A stretch of DNA of 64,000 bases from Eukaryota sp. TZLM1-RC (GCA_040285825.1 JAUPSS010000003.1:124001-188000); one strand, 5' to 3'; positions 10,308-23,320 are shown, counted from the first letter of the stretch. Notes: generated by a model not told the origin, from the sequence alone. Program-made: numbers and translations.

Positions 10308-11996
10308 TGGAGATAAGAACTTAATGGTTTCAACCATCGCCCAATTTCCTCAACTCTTCAAGAACAAGAACAAAAAACAACATTGTCAAAGCAATGGACT
10401 GGTGGTCCAAACGAGACAAGATTGATTTTGAAGATCTGGATACAACGACTATTTCTCGAGTACAAAACGGTATTAGAAAAACAATGACTGTCAAAGCTCT
10501 TCCTGAAAGAGGAAGGAGAAGAGCTGTTTGGGTCACGTGGTTATATGGTGAATTATTTGATGAGTTCTCAAAGTTGAGTAATGCAGGTGTTGGATTTAAC
10601 AGTAAACTACTGGAACAATTTAGCCAAAGAAGTTTTAGAAGACAGTCATCATCCTTTATTCAAGAACGGTTACAAAGAACGAGAAGATTCCAATCCAATC
10701 AAACAAAAAATTAACCTCTTTTGGATTCAGAGTTTTATGGTATATAACAATATTGTTTCCAGAACTCAGAGCGGAAAACTCGATGTCTCTCCTGAAAGAA
10801 GACAGTTCATCAAACAAACGGTTGCCTATCATTTGGGCAAGGTGCAACGGTCCTTTGATGATGTCAGCCTTGATAAAAATTGTGTGGAAAATTTCGATGA
10901 AACCCATTTCGTGGTAAACGAATCCAACGGTAAAACTCTTGGATTTATTGGTGAAGACAAAATTTCATTGGCCGATGTTGTACAAGGATTCACTATGGTG
11001 GTGAAGCTATCAGGTGGGGTATCAGCCAAGGCATCTGTATTTTTCTTAATATTTAAGAATGCTGGACCCAATTACCCAATGCATGGTGTCCCTGACAATC
11101 TTCCCGATGTTTTTTACCGTACAGCAAAAAAAGGATTTATGACTCAAACAGTTTTTGCTGAATATTTAAGAGAGAAGAGAGTGAATGTGTCTAGAAATGG
11201 GAAGGTGTTTTTTTGTGACAATGCTCCTAGTCACAAGCTAACTGATGAGGTGCTGGAGGCTCTAAACGAACTGAAGTCTCAAGTCATCTTTTTGCCAGAG
11301 AACTCCACTCATCTTTGTCAGCCTTTTGATTCCTTCATAATTCAAAAGATTAAACAATACTGGACGAAAAAATGGCAAAAAAAGAAGCTTGAGATGATTA
11401 AGAATGGCGAATGGAGACGAATTTCCGGAAAGCTGAATAATCCCGGTAAATGTTTCTTTCTAGATTTAGCCGCTCGGTCAATAACTTGGATCAACAAACA
11501 GAAAGATGAAGATGGAGTAAGCTTAGTGAGGAAGGCAATGATTAGGTGTGGACTCTCTTTGAACTTTAATGGTTCTTGGGAAAAACGTCAACTTTTCCCA
11601 CATCTACAAAAGATTTTTGACCAACATAGAATCTATTTCAACAATAAAATGCCGGAAAATGTTTGGAAAAAATCCAAGAATTCTTCAGCTGTACGTCATC
11701 AGGAAAAATTTGATATGTCCAATGAATCCTTCATTGTAGGAGATGATGAAGATGCTTCGGTCGGAGCTGTAGAGGTGGTTAAAGTTGATGACGTTGACAT
11801 GTAGTTTCGATTGGTAGAATAAAATTTAAGTTAGATTAATTTTCCCGAAAAAGCAAATAGTCTAAGTTAGACTAGTTTTTGCATACTGAAATTAGTCTAA
11901 CACACAATTTAATTTAAGTTAAATTAAATCATGTATCAACTCCCTAAAAATGAATACACAAATTAATCTAAGTTAGACTATATTCCATGACCAGTG
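10308..11996 (+). mobile_element. pogo/Tc5-like DDE_1 DNA transposon, frameshifted transposase, right end with subterminal repeats
   Basis: NFDETHF, CDNAPSH and LPENSTHLCQPFD motifs. Repeated TAGTCTAAGTTAGACTA-like motifs at 11825-11985. Probable end CCAGTG|TA at 11996. Confidence 0.85.
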
Positions 11997-12234
11997 TAGT
12001 GAATAATATTTGAATAGTGATATATATAATAATATATAATATTAGTGACGGTAATATTATAGGTGATTTTAATTGTAACCAAAAGTGCTAATGCTCACCA
12101 AATAACTAATAGTTCCGAGATAAAATATTATCGATTCATGTTCTGTTATAGTGTTCGTTTAAGTGTTGGTAAAATCAATAGTGTCGGTGAAAGAAGCGGT
12201 GTGGTGAAAGAGGATTTTATAATTATGTTTTAAT

Positions 12235-12501
12235 TTATAATACATTCTTTTGCCCCCATACTCCCCAGAATGTAATCCTATACAGAGTTTTTTCTCTATC
12301 TTAAGAAGACTAGTTCGAAACAAAGCTAAGCTTTATCCTGACGTACCTGCTATCCAAAATATTTTTTCTTGTCTTGAGAGCTTACATAACTATAACTGTA
12401 CCTCGCTCTTTAATCACTCTGGTTTCGTTGAGCGACGAAACAACAAGTCTCCTTATTTGCACAGTGAAAGATTGAAAAAATTTGTGTCAACTGATCAATG
12501 A
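12235..12501 (+). pseudogene. Tc1/IS630-type transposase C-terminal fragment
   Basis: LPPYSPECNPIQSFFSILRRLVR matches the LPPYSPELNPIE motif. Confidence 0.75.
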
Positions 12502-12582
12502 TTTTTTCAATATATAATTAAAAAATTTTCATCGTTTATTAATTTTCTAAAACTAAAGCTGTGCATGAGGATCATTGACATT

Positions 12583-13573
12583 TTAACAGCTGTTGAACAT
12601 AAGCTCTGCATCTGCATTAACCTGTTTGGGAATCGGAGCTGAGTTCAACATCGATCGAACAAAATTACAAATTTCAGCATAATATTTTGTTGTCAAAGCC
12701 TCTCTAAAGGAGTTGACCTCTTCTTCGAGTTGTGTTTTTTTGATAAATTGTACGATCTGGTCATCGAACATTGAGACTTCTTCAATATTGTATTTGAAAC
12801 TCCTCAACATTTTGAATCTGAGCACACTTTCAGGAACAATAGAGAGATCAGCGATCGTGTTGCTTTCATAAAGCATTTTGAACTCAACCCAACCTTGAGT
12901 CGACAGGCTCAGTGTACTGCACATGCTCTGAAGACTTTCGATACTAATTACTCACAAATTTTGTTGTCGTTGAGCTTCCAGTTGCTGATTGTATAGCGTC
13001 CTAGTAATGTCTGGACAAACCTTTATGATTGTGTTTTTCCAGCTCTTGACCAAGCTCGAAGAGCTGAATCTGAAATTGGTTTCCAATTTTTGCTTGTTAG
13101 TTGTGCTTTGGATGTTGCAAATAGCGTATTCTGGTTCCAAAAAGGTGTTGTTTAGTTTTGGCTGTAGATTCAAGCTGTTCTGCAATAAACTCAATAAGAT
13201 CTAAAGCAGTAATGTGTGGTAAGTAGATTGACTTCTTTGAAGAATCTTCACTGACTACAGCTTCGTCGTCTCGAAAGTAAAAAGTCAAGAGTTCATCTTG
13301 AAAGAATTTGGCTGTACCTTTGTACGGAGCATAACAAAGGTTGAAACTAGCAACGGTAAATCCTTCTTGATCAATTCAGGAAAAGTTTAGTGAATTGGGG
13401 AATAGCTGGACGGAATTGTCCTCTTCATCAGAAGTAACATCAGAATCCATGTCATCAAAAGAGAGACATCTGCGTTTTGTGAGAGGTACAGTGTCTTCAA
13501 GATTTGTTGACAAGCCGTTGGTATATGACAGAGGAGTCTCTTGTCCAAAGTAGTCGTCGAAGTGATTAGACAT
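12583..13573 (-). pseudogene. Degraded gene of unknown function
   Basis: Four collinear ORF pieces joined by two in-frame TGA codons (13376, 12952) and one frameshift; starts MSNHFDDYFG. Confidence 0.5.
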
Positions 13574-13701
13574 TGGAAATGTTTTTTGATTTGAAAAAAG
13601 GTTATGAAACACTAGGGGGATTTGTGGGGGAATTCACCTTAAGTGAATTTCACAAGTGCACAAAACGAAAACCATTTGAATTCTTATTATTTGATTCCAT
13701 C

Positions 13702-14145
13702 ATGCATAGCACTGCTTATCCTTACCCAGTTGCTGAGAATCGTGTTTTGTCCAACTGTTCTTCAGCTGCTTGCTCATCAGAACTCCCTAGTCATATTTCT
13801 CACAGTAAGCTCTCCTGCACATGCTGTACTTCACAACATACGTGTAGATGTGATGCTGAAGAATCACACCGTTGTGGTATATCTTTAAATTCGATCAAGC
13901 GTCCTTCTTTGGGAGTGTCAGTAAAGCCTTTAAACGAGCTACATCAGCTCGATCGTCGTATAGCAAGAGCCACCAGTGTCGCTTCACGTCCCCCATCATT
14001 TGCAGATATTCTTCCTCCTCCTGCATTCGCTTCTTATGATCTATTGAATGATGCCGTTCCCTGCACCTCTACGGCGGTCGCTGGCATTCCTAGTGCCAAT
14101 GTTTTAGATCTTCCTCTGTCTAGTGCTATGAAGGAGTTTTTGTAG
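13702..14145 (+). CDS. Hypothetical small Cys/Ser/Pro-rich protein
   Basis: 147 aa from MHSTAYPYP, with AATAAA 3 nt after TAG as in other host genes. Confidence 0.55.
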   Translation: MHSTAYPYPVAENRVLSNCSSAACSSELPSHISHSKLSCTCCTSQHTCRCDAEESHRCGISLNSIKRPSLGVSVKPLNELHQLDRRIARATSVASRPPSFADILPPPAFASYDLLNDAVPCTSTAVAGIPSANVLDLPLSSAMKEFL

Positions 14146-14666
14146 GCAATAAATCAGTGTAAAGAATTCTTTTTTGTTAATTCTTAGAACAATCGCAATT
14201 TATTTATTAATTTATCACCTAAAACAAGAAAGGAATTGAATGTGAACCATTATGAGTGATGGATGAATACATGGATGGGTTGGTTGGGAATTGACAGGTA
14301 ACCTTTCTTCAGTTTAAAAAAAGAATGATTCCTAGAATCAGTTTTGTTGAGTTTCAATAAAATATACAACGCCAAGCTGAAACTTTGAAAAGGCTTTGTT
14401 CACAACGTGAACTTCACATTTATTGATTAACCATTCTATATGATGATTCAAAACAAAAATATCCGCCCAAATATTGACCGATTGTTTTGACCTGGTTGTA
14501 CTTTCCAATCGAACAATCGCATTTAAGTCAACACAGCCACACTGCGGACTACATCAAAGACCTTGGAATGGTTGAAAGAGACAAAGGTATTTGAAAACAA
14601 ACTACATTTTAACACTTTTTTCCTTACGTATGTCAAGCTTCTCTATGTTCACAGCAGTTAATCATC

Positions 14667-17370
14667 ATGGATATCACTCAATCATTTCTTCTCAGTCCTC
14701 TTCATTATATCTTTAATCCACGATCTGTTGCAGTCATCGGAGCCACTGAAAGGGTAGGCGTTGCAAAGAGCATGTTACGTTGATTCATCACTTATCGAAG
14801 CTCTTCTTTTCAACCTTATCAGATCGCCTTTTGGTGGAGTAGTTTATCCTGTCAATCCCAAAAGAGGTGCTGTTCACGGTATCAAGGCTTATCCTTCAAT
14901 CTCCGCGATCCCTGAACCTGTCGATTTAGCTATTATTGTCACTCCAGCAAAAACTGTGCCAGCAATCGTTAAGGAGTGTTCCGAGGCCGGTGCTAAGTCC
15001 GCTATTATTCTGTCTGCAGGTTTTGCTGAAATGGGAGAACCTGGTCTTGAGCTAGAACGTCAAATCGTTGATAACAAGGGAAATATGCGCATCATTGGAC
15101 CCAACTGTCTCGGTATCATTAATCCTATTCTTGGTTTAAACGCCACTTTTGCTGCATCCAACGCCAAGAAAGGACGAGTTGCTTTCTTGTCTCAATCTGG
15201 GGCTCTTTGCACATCGATTTTGGACTACTCCTTGAGGGAAAATATCGGGTTTTCTGCTTTTGTCTCAACTGGTTCTATGCTTGATGTTGACTATGGAGAT
15301 CTGATTGATCATTTTGGATCTGATCCCAACACAGACGCCATTGTTTTTTATGCAGAATCAATCGGTAACCCAAAGAAGTTTTATTCCGCTGCTCGACAAG
15401 TTGCACTCACCAAACCCATTATTGTCATTAAGGCTGGTCGTACTGCTGAAGGTTCTGCTGCTGCTGCCTCCCATACAGGATCTCTCACCGGATCTGATGA
15501 TATTCTTACCGCAATGTTTGAGCGTTGTGGAGTCTTGCGTGTTGATAAAATTGCTGAACTTTTCTATATGGCCGAAGTCCTCTCCAAGCAACCTCGTCCT
15601 AAAGGCAATCGTCTCACTATCGTCACAAATGCTGGTGGTCCAGGAGTACTCTCTACTGATTCCTTAATTTCTGGGGACGGTCAATTAACTGAATTATCAA
15701 CCGAAACAATCAATGAACTCAACTCATTCCTTCCTAACGCATGGTCTCATGGTAATCCAGTCGATGTTCTCGGTGATTCTGATGAAAGCAGATATCAAAA
15801 AACACTTGCTGTTGTTGCCAATGACCATAATTCTGATGGTATTTTGGTAATTTTGACTCCACAAGATATGACTAATCCCACAGCCACTGCTGATGCTCTT
15901 GTTCCTTATGCCAAAATTGGTAAACCAGTTTTGGCTTCATGGATGGGTGGTCAATCTGTAGCCGAAGGTGCCCGTATCTTATCTCAAGCTGGAATTCCTA
16001 ACTTTCCATTCCCTGATCAAGCTACTGATGTATTCAATTACATGTACCGCTATCAACGCAACTTGTGGAACCTTTATGAAGAAACTGAAGCCTCTTCTAC
16101 ACCTGTTCAATATGACAGAAAGCTCGCAACTGCCATGATCCAGGAAGCTTATGCCAACAAGCGTCAAAACATGTCTGAGTATGAATCAAAACAACTCTTG
16201 GCTGCTTATGGTATTCCAGTATGTAAGACAGTTGTTGCCACTTCCGCAGAAGATGCCGGCAAGGCAGCTGAGGAAATGGGGTTCCCAGTTGTTGTCAAGC
16301 TTCATTCTGAAATTGTTCTCCACAAGTCCAATGTTGGTGGTGTAGTTCTCAATCTTAAGTCCACTGAAGCTGTGAAGGAGGCCTTTAACCGTATTAAAGC
16401 TAATGTAGAGAAACTGTATGGTAATGAAGGACAACATTTCCTAGGTGTCACTGTCCAACAAATGATTTCCCTTAAAGGGTATGAAGTCATTATCGGTTCC
16501 AATATTGATCCACTTGTTGGTCCCATCATTGTCTTTGGATCTGGTGGTACCCTTGTTGAAATCTATCGTGACACTGCGATGACTTTACCTCCTGTTACCC
16601 CCAACCTTGCACGTCAATTAATGCAAAAGACTAAAATCTTTACCGCATTACAAGGTTATCGTGATGTTGGTGCTTGTGATATTCCCCTTTTGGAGCAGAT
16701 CATTGTTGGTTTTTCGCAAATGATTGTAGATCATCCTCAGATTATGGAATGTGATATCAACCCTTTAATTGTTTCTCCAGATGGCATTATCGCTGTTGAT
16801 GCCCGAATCATTCTTCAACCTGATGAGACCAAAACCGATGAGTTGCCTAAAGCTCTTGTAGCCAGCTATCCTGAAGAACTCATTCAAACTGTAGATGATG
16901 TGCTCATTAGACCTATTCGTCCCACTGATGAACCTCAGGTCAAGGCCTTTTCTGATTCCCAAGCCCACCGTCCAGAATTCTCCTCCTTCTTCAAAGATTA
17001 TGATCTAACTGGACAGATTGCTCACAACAAGCTTTCACGTATGTGTTTTATTGATTACGATCGTGAAGTGGCTTTAGTAGCTGAGACTGAAGGCAAAATC
17101 ATTGGCCTTGCCAGAGTCACCAATATTTATGGTACTTCTGAAGCTGAAATGAGTTTGGTCATTGATGCTGAATATAGAGGAAAGAAACTTGGATCTGCCC
17201 TTCTTGCTTTACTGAGAAAGTTCATGAAAGAACGTAACATGTGCCAAATGAATGCTCGTTGTAGCGTGGACAATCAAGCTGCATTACAATTCTTGAAGAA
17301 ACATGGATTCCATGTGGCTGTTCAAAAAGAAGATATTTATATCTGTAAACAAGATGTGTGCATTCTCTAA
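14667..17370 (+). CDS. Acetate-CoA ligase (ADP-forming) alpha-beta fusion with C-terminal GNAT domain; N-terminus in a different frame
   Basis: [14 protein letters not shown] (from ATG 14667), [27 protein letters not shown] (active-site His), NAGGPG, NPVD, ATP-grasp HKSNVGGV and DINP..VDARI, then [12 protein letters not shown]. Confidence 0.93.
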
Positions 17371-17421
17371 TAATAAATAGTTTTTCAATGCCCTTGGTCT
17401 GAACAATTTACAAAAATTTTA

Positions 17422-19404
17422 TTAAATCTTTTTCGTGAAACATGAACATGTACTGAAACAGTTAGCTCCACTACCTATATCCAAATTGTTTAACATAGAA
17501 ACAAGACTATCGACTTCAGATGTGTATTTTTGAAGTATAATATTACGCTTTTTCTTCATTGATGGTGTCATGAGGCCATTTTCAACGGTGAACGGGTCCA
17601 AGCAAACATGAATGTTGGAAACAAATTCAAAGCTTCGATGATTTCTTGCTTTTGCAATTTCCTTAAACCCATCAACAACTTTTTCAGCATACTTTTGAAT
17701 CTTTTCAGTGTTTCCAGCGTCTAATTGATCCTTGAGATCATCTAAAAGATTCAACGAAGGAGTAACGAGTGCAAGGAGCTTGGTGGTTTTGCCGGCAACA
17801 CAAACTACTTGATCTACCAGTTCCAAAGATTCAAGATCGGATTCAATAATTGAAAGATTGATATATTCGCCTTGAATAGACTTGACGATACCACTCTTCC
17901 TGTCAATAATAGACAATCTTCCTTTAGAATCAATTTCACCAATGTCCCCAGTCATATAGTAACCATCAGAAGTAAACACTTCCTTGGTCTTTTCAGGGAG
18001 CTTCCAATAACCCTTAAACACAGCAGGTCCTCGCATTAAGATTTCTCCTCTAGGAACATAATAATCCATTTCAGGAACATCAACAATTTTAACTTCCATT
18101 TTTCCAGTGTTATAACCAACAGTTCCGTATTCAAAAGGACTTGAACTAGTCATATCAGGGAGCAAGTCTACACAACCAGCGGCACTAGTCTCTGTACTTC
18201 CATATCCCTCAGCAAGAGGAGCACAGAGAACACAAGAAATAAAAGCAGCAACTTGTGGATCTAACTTTGCAGAACCACTGTACATTGCACGAATACGGCC
18301 CCCAAACTGTGCTTTAACCTTTGAAAAGACAAGTTTATCATAAAGTCTTGTACCAAATGCTCGATCATGACCATTTAAATGATCAAGTTTAACATTCATC
18401 GCCCTAGAAAACAGTAAGCTCTTCATGGTAGACTTTGAAACCTGGGAATTAACCTTGTCTACAATTTTGTTGAACACTCTGGGGACACCTACAAAAAACG
18501 TTGGTGCCAAACATTTAACATCATCCAAGAGTCTCAAAACTTCACCAGTATAGTAACCAATCCGTGCGCTAATGACAAACATGGTGGTTTCCAGGACAAA
18601 CTCAAACACATGGGCTAAAGGAAGAAAGGAAATCAAACAATCTTGGAAAGAAACCTCACCATAAGGGAGTCTTTCAATTAGACCAGCAGCAGAATGTATA
18701 ATATTAGAATGTGTAAGCATTGCCCCCTTTGGTTTCCCCGTGGTTCCAGAAGTGTAAATTAGGGCAACCAGGTCATCAGGTAGCACATGAGCAGCAGAAA
18801 CAAACGAGTCATTACTCTTTAATGAGGAAAAAGCAGCAGTTTTGACAGTATCATTGTTAAAAAGAGAAGGAAAATCCTGCTTTGCTTTAATAATGTCATC
18901 ATGGTCAACCATATTGTCATCAAAAAAGAAAATGTTAGAAACACAAGATGGCATATCCATATTGTGAATAGTAGATGCCCTGAAAGGTTCAACAAACAGT
19001 ACCTTACACCCAGCATCAGTTACGACATAGGATGTTTCACTAGAAGGAACTTCAGGGTATAGAGAAACAGATATGTAACCCATTCGAGCACAAGACAGAG
19101 AAACAAGCTGCCACGAAGCTCTACTACGACTCATTATACCAACTCTGTCTCCTTTGACTAACCCCAGCTTATGTAAAGATGATGAGATTTTCTCAACGAG
19201 GACTTTAACTTCGCCATAAGAAAGCCACTGGTATTCAGACCAAACAACTGCACTGTCTTGTGAGGAAGGTATACGACTACCTAAGCACTGTCTTTCAGGG
19301 TAACGGGCATAGGAAGTAACAAAGTTTCTCCAAAGAGTAAGACGCTCTTCAGGGACCACCTTGGTTTCAGTCCCAGGAATAATGTGGGGAGATGAGGCTG
19401 ACAT
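17422..19404 (-). CDS. Long-chain fatty acyl-CoA synthetase (AMP-binding)
   Basis: YTSGTTGKPKGAMLTH, FLPLAHVFE, EGYGSTE, TGDIG, IIDRK and FTVENGLMTPSMK motifs. Confidence 0.95.
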   Translation of the reverse strand: MSASSPHIIPGTETKVVPEERLTLWRNFVTSYARYPERQCLGSRIPSSQDSAVVWSEYQWLSYGEVKVLVEKISSSLHKLGLVKGDRVGIMSRSRASWQLVSLSCARMGYISVSLYPEVPSSETSYVVTDAGCKVLFVEPFRASTIHNMDMPSCVSNIFFFDDNMVDHDDIIKAKQDFPSLFNNDTVKTAAFSSLKSNDSFVSAAHVLPDDLVALIYTSGTTGKPKGAMLTHSNIIHSAAGLIERLPYGEVSFQDCLISFLPLAHVFEFVLETTMFVISARIGYYTGEVLRLLDDVKCLAPTFFVGVPRVFNKIVDKVNSQVSKSTMKSLLFSRAMNVKLDHLNGHDRAFGTRLYDKLVFSKVKAQFGGRIRAMYSGSAKLDPQVAAFISCVLCAPLAEGYGSTETSAAGCVDLLPDMTSSSPFEYGTVGYNTGKMEVKIVDVPEMDYYVPRGEILMRGPAVFKGYWKLPEKTKEVFTSDGYYMTGDIGEIDSKGRLSIIDRKSGIVKSIQGEYINLSIIESDLESLELVDQVVCVAGKTTKLLALVTPSLNLLDDLKDQLDAGNTEKIQKYAEKVVDGFKEIAKARNHRSFEFVSNIHVCLDPFTVENGLMTPSMKKKRNIILQKYTSEVDSLVSMLNNLDIGSGANCFSTCSCFTKKI

Positions 19405-19659
19405 AAGTTGTTATTTGGGTGAGGATAATAAAGCAAAATTTTTTGAAAATAAAATAAAAATTGAAAATATTGTTTAGTTGCTGCTACGCGTAAACCAAGG
19501 GTGAAAAGATAATTATTCTCAAGTACACAAAACTACATGCTAATGGGTCATAATTGCAATTCGTTATTGACGTAACAATATATATTCAATGAAAGTGAGT
19601 TTTTTCCTATTTTTGAAGTCGTTTCTCTGTTTCTTTGTTTGAATTTTTATATTCTGCTC

Positions 19660-19975
19660 ACTCATGGCTAGTTATGAAAATTGATTTCATTTCCTCGTGT
19701 TGAGGTGTAAATTGGGGTGATCCCATGGACACCTTCCTTTTTTGTCTTTCTCTTCATCCGTATTTTGTTCTTCTGAAGCCACTGTATCGAGAAATCGAAA
19801 TTGTGGCATATTTGGATGATGTTTCCTTAATAGTTCCTTCTCCTGTAGTTCAACAAGCAACAAAATGGTTTTGAATTTTAGGTTCTGGTATTGGTCTTGA
19901 ACTTAATCAAAAGAACTTGTTAGACAAAATGATCTTCCTGTAAAGTATGATGCTGCCAAATATTGGGTGTTAATC
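19660..19975 (+). pseudogene. Non-LTR retrotransposon RT fragment
   Basis: Decayed GVK.GDP motif and IVAYLDDVSLI. Probably continues at 21830-22095 after an inserted gag relic. Confidence 0.65.
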
Positions 19976-20029
19976 ATACAGTCCCGAAATTCTCTGTGAG
20001 TGACTTGATTGTTATTGAGTCACTAATAT

Positions 20030-21790
20030 GAGTCACAAACTCCCAATTTTGACAATAAAAATTTCAGTCAAATAATGGCTGCGGTGAAGAATGGGCTCCC
20101 AAATCTTTCCCTCACCAATGTTGTCGAAAGCAGAAATGCTGTTAGATAGTAAAGAAAATCTATTTCGAGCTGTCAGAGGGGCTAAGCACTCTGCAGCAAC
20201 ACAAGAGGTAATCAGGGGGTCTTCCCTGAGCAGCAGTTCTGGAACGGTTCCATTCGTAAAGAAAATTACCATACCATGAGTTCAAAGGCAGATTTCTTTT
20301 CTCTTTGCTTATTTGACTGAGGAGTTGCGGGAGAACGAGAGCACTCTTTGAGCTGTCGTCTGAGCTCAGCCACTTCTCTCGCCAATCTCACTTGAGTAGG
20401 ATCTGCTCCATTGGTATTCCTTTCTTCAATGCTTTTCTCAGTTCTACCATACAAAATGAATCTATCAATAAATTAAGAACCTTAACAGGCTCAAAAATGT
20501 CCTTACCACTCCCTTGTTTATCTCTGTCTCTATTCTGTGAACTCGCCATAGATTCCAAACTGCTAGAAAACTGAAGTGCATTAGGTGCTGGATATGGTTG
20601 CTCCTAGAAGCCTAGGGTCTGGAAAGCATTTGTAGGTTCTATAGGTTGATTTACAGCAAATTGTTCCACTGTCTCAGTAGTGGTTTCAGTAGTTGCTTCT
20701 TAACAGTTATCATACTAGTAGGTTCATCTTCTTGGTCACCCGTTTGAGGCTCAATGCTCAAGGATGAGAAAACTGTCTCCGTCTTAACAGATTCAGGGTC
20801 TGTAGTTTTTGATTCTACAAGGGTGTGTTTACTGGGATAGTAACTGGTGGTAGTCTGTGATAGTCCCATCAACATTAACCCAAAGTGGAGAACTAGAATT
20901 GATGATACCTGTGTTCTCTTGAACATTGATAAAAGCAAGTCTGAGGGGTCTATTTCTTCTATGTTCCGGGCCAAAGTAAAACGCTCATTGGTCGAGCCTA
21001 CGATTTTGTAAATGGAGTCTCTTAAAGTCCGTAGTGTATGTGAACTATCATCCCGTCTTAAAATCTTTATTCATATGTCCAAAGACGCGTTGTACTCAAG
21101 GCTAAATTTAGAAAAAAAACAGGGATTGCATCAGTTGAGAAAAAGATTCAGCTCGTTACCGGTGAAGACCCTCTGTACTCCTTCACAAGGAGTTTTCAAA
21201 CGTCCTACAACATCACGTTGAAGGTAATTCGGTGGGATGTCACAGCAAACCGTGAGATTATCTACTTTTTTAGTAGTGACATAGGGATCTATTTTTCTGC
21301 CTATCATGACGCCGTGATCAATAACTACTTCTGGACCCCAAGATGAGGGTAAGCCAGTAATAAGTTCATTTAGAGGAATGGATGTTGGGTTTCCTTGCAT
21401 CAACTCAATTCCTGCATTGAGGATCAAGGTTTGGGCTTTAATCCTATGTTGAGCAGCAACAAGAGGAGAATCCGACTTCTGCGGCTGTCTAAAAGCCTGA
21501 TAGGTGTTAGGCTGGTGGCACTAACTACCTGCCAAGTTGCAGAAGCAGAAAAACCCACATGATCTTGCTGCGGAGTCTGGCCGGTGGTAGATGGATATGA
21601 ATTACAGTTTTAGTAGAAGTTTCTGGAAAAGAAATAGAAGGAATTGATTAAACTTCTGCAGGAGCTACCGTGGTAGGAGTAGAAATGTTTTGATTCACTG
21701 CTACAGGAACTTTCGTAGAATGAGTAGTGAGTAGTGTTGGGATAATTTCTACAGAAACTTGCGTATAAGAAGCAGTAGGGTTGGTAAACT
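20030..21790 (-). mobile_element. Degraded gag region of a diverged relative of the 34067-41454 gypsy element
   Basis: DPTQVRLAREVAELRRQL vs DPAQVALASEVARLREEL, AAECLAP vs LAECVTP, and TPCEGVQRVFTGNELNLFLN vs TTREGVFRRFAGDEDNLFIN. Confidence 0.8.
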
Positions 21791-22099
21791 AATATATAAA
21801 GCTAACCAAGGCTGACACCTTTGAAGAAGCGTATGAAATTTCATGTTGATAAGTTATGTTTCGGTTCAAATAATAACCACTTAATTCGTTCTATTTCTGC
21901 AAATTTGACTACTCATTATGTCAAACATTATTTGACTCAAAGGACTAAATTTTGCGTTCAGTTCAGAACATCAATAATATTGATAATATTCCCCTTCATG
22001 CTTTTAGAGCGCATCAACATGGCCGTATTTCCCTGACCCGTTCATCTATTTTATCAAATGTTGTTTTTTTAGGTGGAGTTAAAAACTTCTTGAATGAAC

Positions 22100-23320
22100 T
22101 TTTTTTAAATATATGATTTATTTCAATAAAAAGCTATACGACAAAGTTAAAATTCTATGTCTTCATAACCCAAATCAGCCAGGAAGAATTGACTGGAAGT
22201 TTTTCCTTCATAAAAGCGTCCAAGAGATAACAAAGCTGAAGATAATAGGGGAACAACACCTTTGAAAATTGAAAATACAATTCTGTTTTGCCAAAAACTC
22301 TTCCAGTACGTTGTTTCACAGTTTCAACAAAATCATCCAAGAAAGATAAAGCAAGAGGTCCAAGCGAGCCATGAAGGGAAACTGCAGATGGACAGAGGAC
22401 AAAATGAGTATGCGATTTTGCATACAAGGACAGCAATTTTGCTTTATATTTGTCAATTTTGGATTTTTCGGGAAACAGATAAGGGGTTCTTAATTTTGAT
22501 TGAGCCATTGGTATAGAAAAATCATTGCACACATCAGTGGATCTCACATCCGTATTAATGGTAGTACCTTCAAGACCTTCAAGCATTAAATCAGCCCTAT
22601 TTCGACCAAAAGAATTCAAAGTATCTTCATCAACCAAGCGGCAGAGTAATGGTTCTAAATAAGACGCAATTTTAAATGATTTTGACATACAATAGAGTTG
22701 ATCTTTTACTGCATCATGAACTTTTGATCGGAAAGTAATAAAATGTTTACAATTGAATAGATGATTTGGAGAATTTTTTGATCATCATTTACAAACCAAA
22801 TTATGAGCCACGTTATTAGGCCAAATAAAACAACAAAGGCGTATTGTACAAGCAAATTCGGTATCATCTAAAAAAATACCATAAATTTGAGGAATCTGAG
22901 TAATTAAACACAAAGAAGTACTGTTTTGGGCAGCTAACAAAAAATTTGCGAAAGCGGGATTATCTCTAACCGAGCCAAGACGATCATTAAAATCCAAGCC
23001 TTCAAAAATTTTTGTTAACTTTTGTTGCAATTTTTTAACACAATACCTCAAATTACCTAGTGTTCTAGATGGTATTTCCTGCACATTGTCGGGAAAACTT
23101 TTATTCCAGATTTTAGAGAACAAACAATCAAGAGCTTTTCCAAGGTCTCTGAGATAATTATTGCTTGTAAAACTCAATAAATTAATATCATTGGGAAAAC
23201 GGTTGCAAAATTCAAAAACAAAATTTTTCCCTCTCCCAAAAAAGCAGCTTGACAGAGGAAAGACGATTTCGTGAAATTAATTCCACCAAAATTGGAATAT
23301 GAAAATACATGACTTCGAAT
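22100..23320 (-). mobile_element. RT-RLE non-LTR retrotransposon 3' part (thumb, CCHC, RLE)
   Basis: FRSKVHDAVKDQ, NRADL and K..KY motifs; homologous to 29770-31000. AATAAA and an A-run at the 3' end. Confidence 0.85.

Noticed and set aside
12583-13573. In-frame TGA codons as evidence of an alternative genetic code
   Set aside because: Intact host genes end in TAA, TAG and TGA and contain no internal stops; this locus also has a frameshift.
2496-19016. Numerous 60-120-aa ORFs overlapping the long host genes
   Set aside because: Antisense or alternative-frame shadows of real CDSs.
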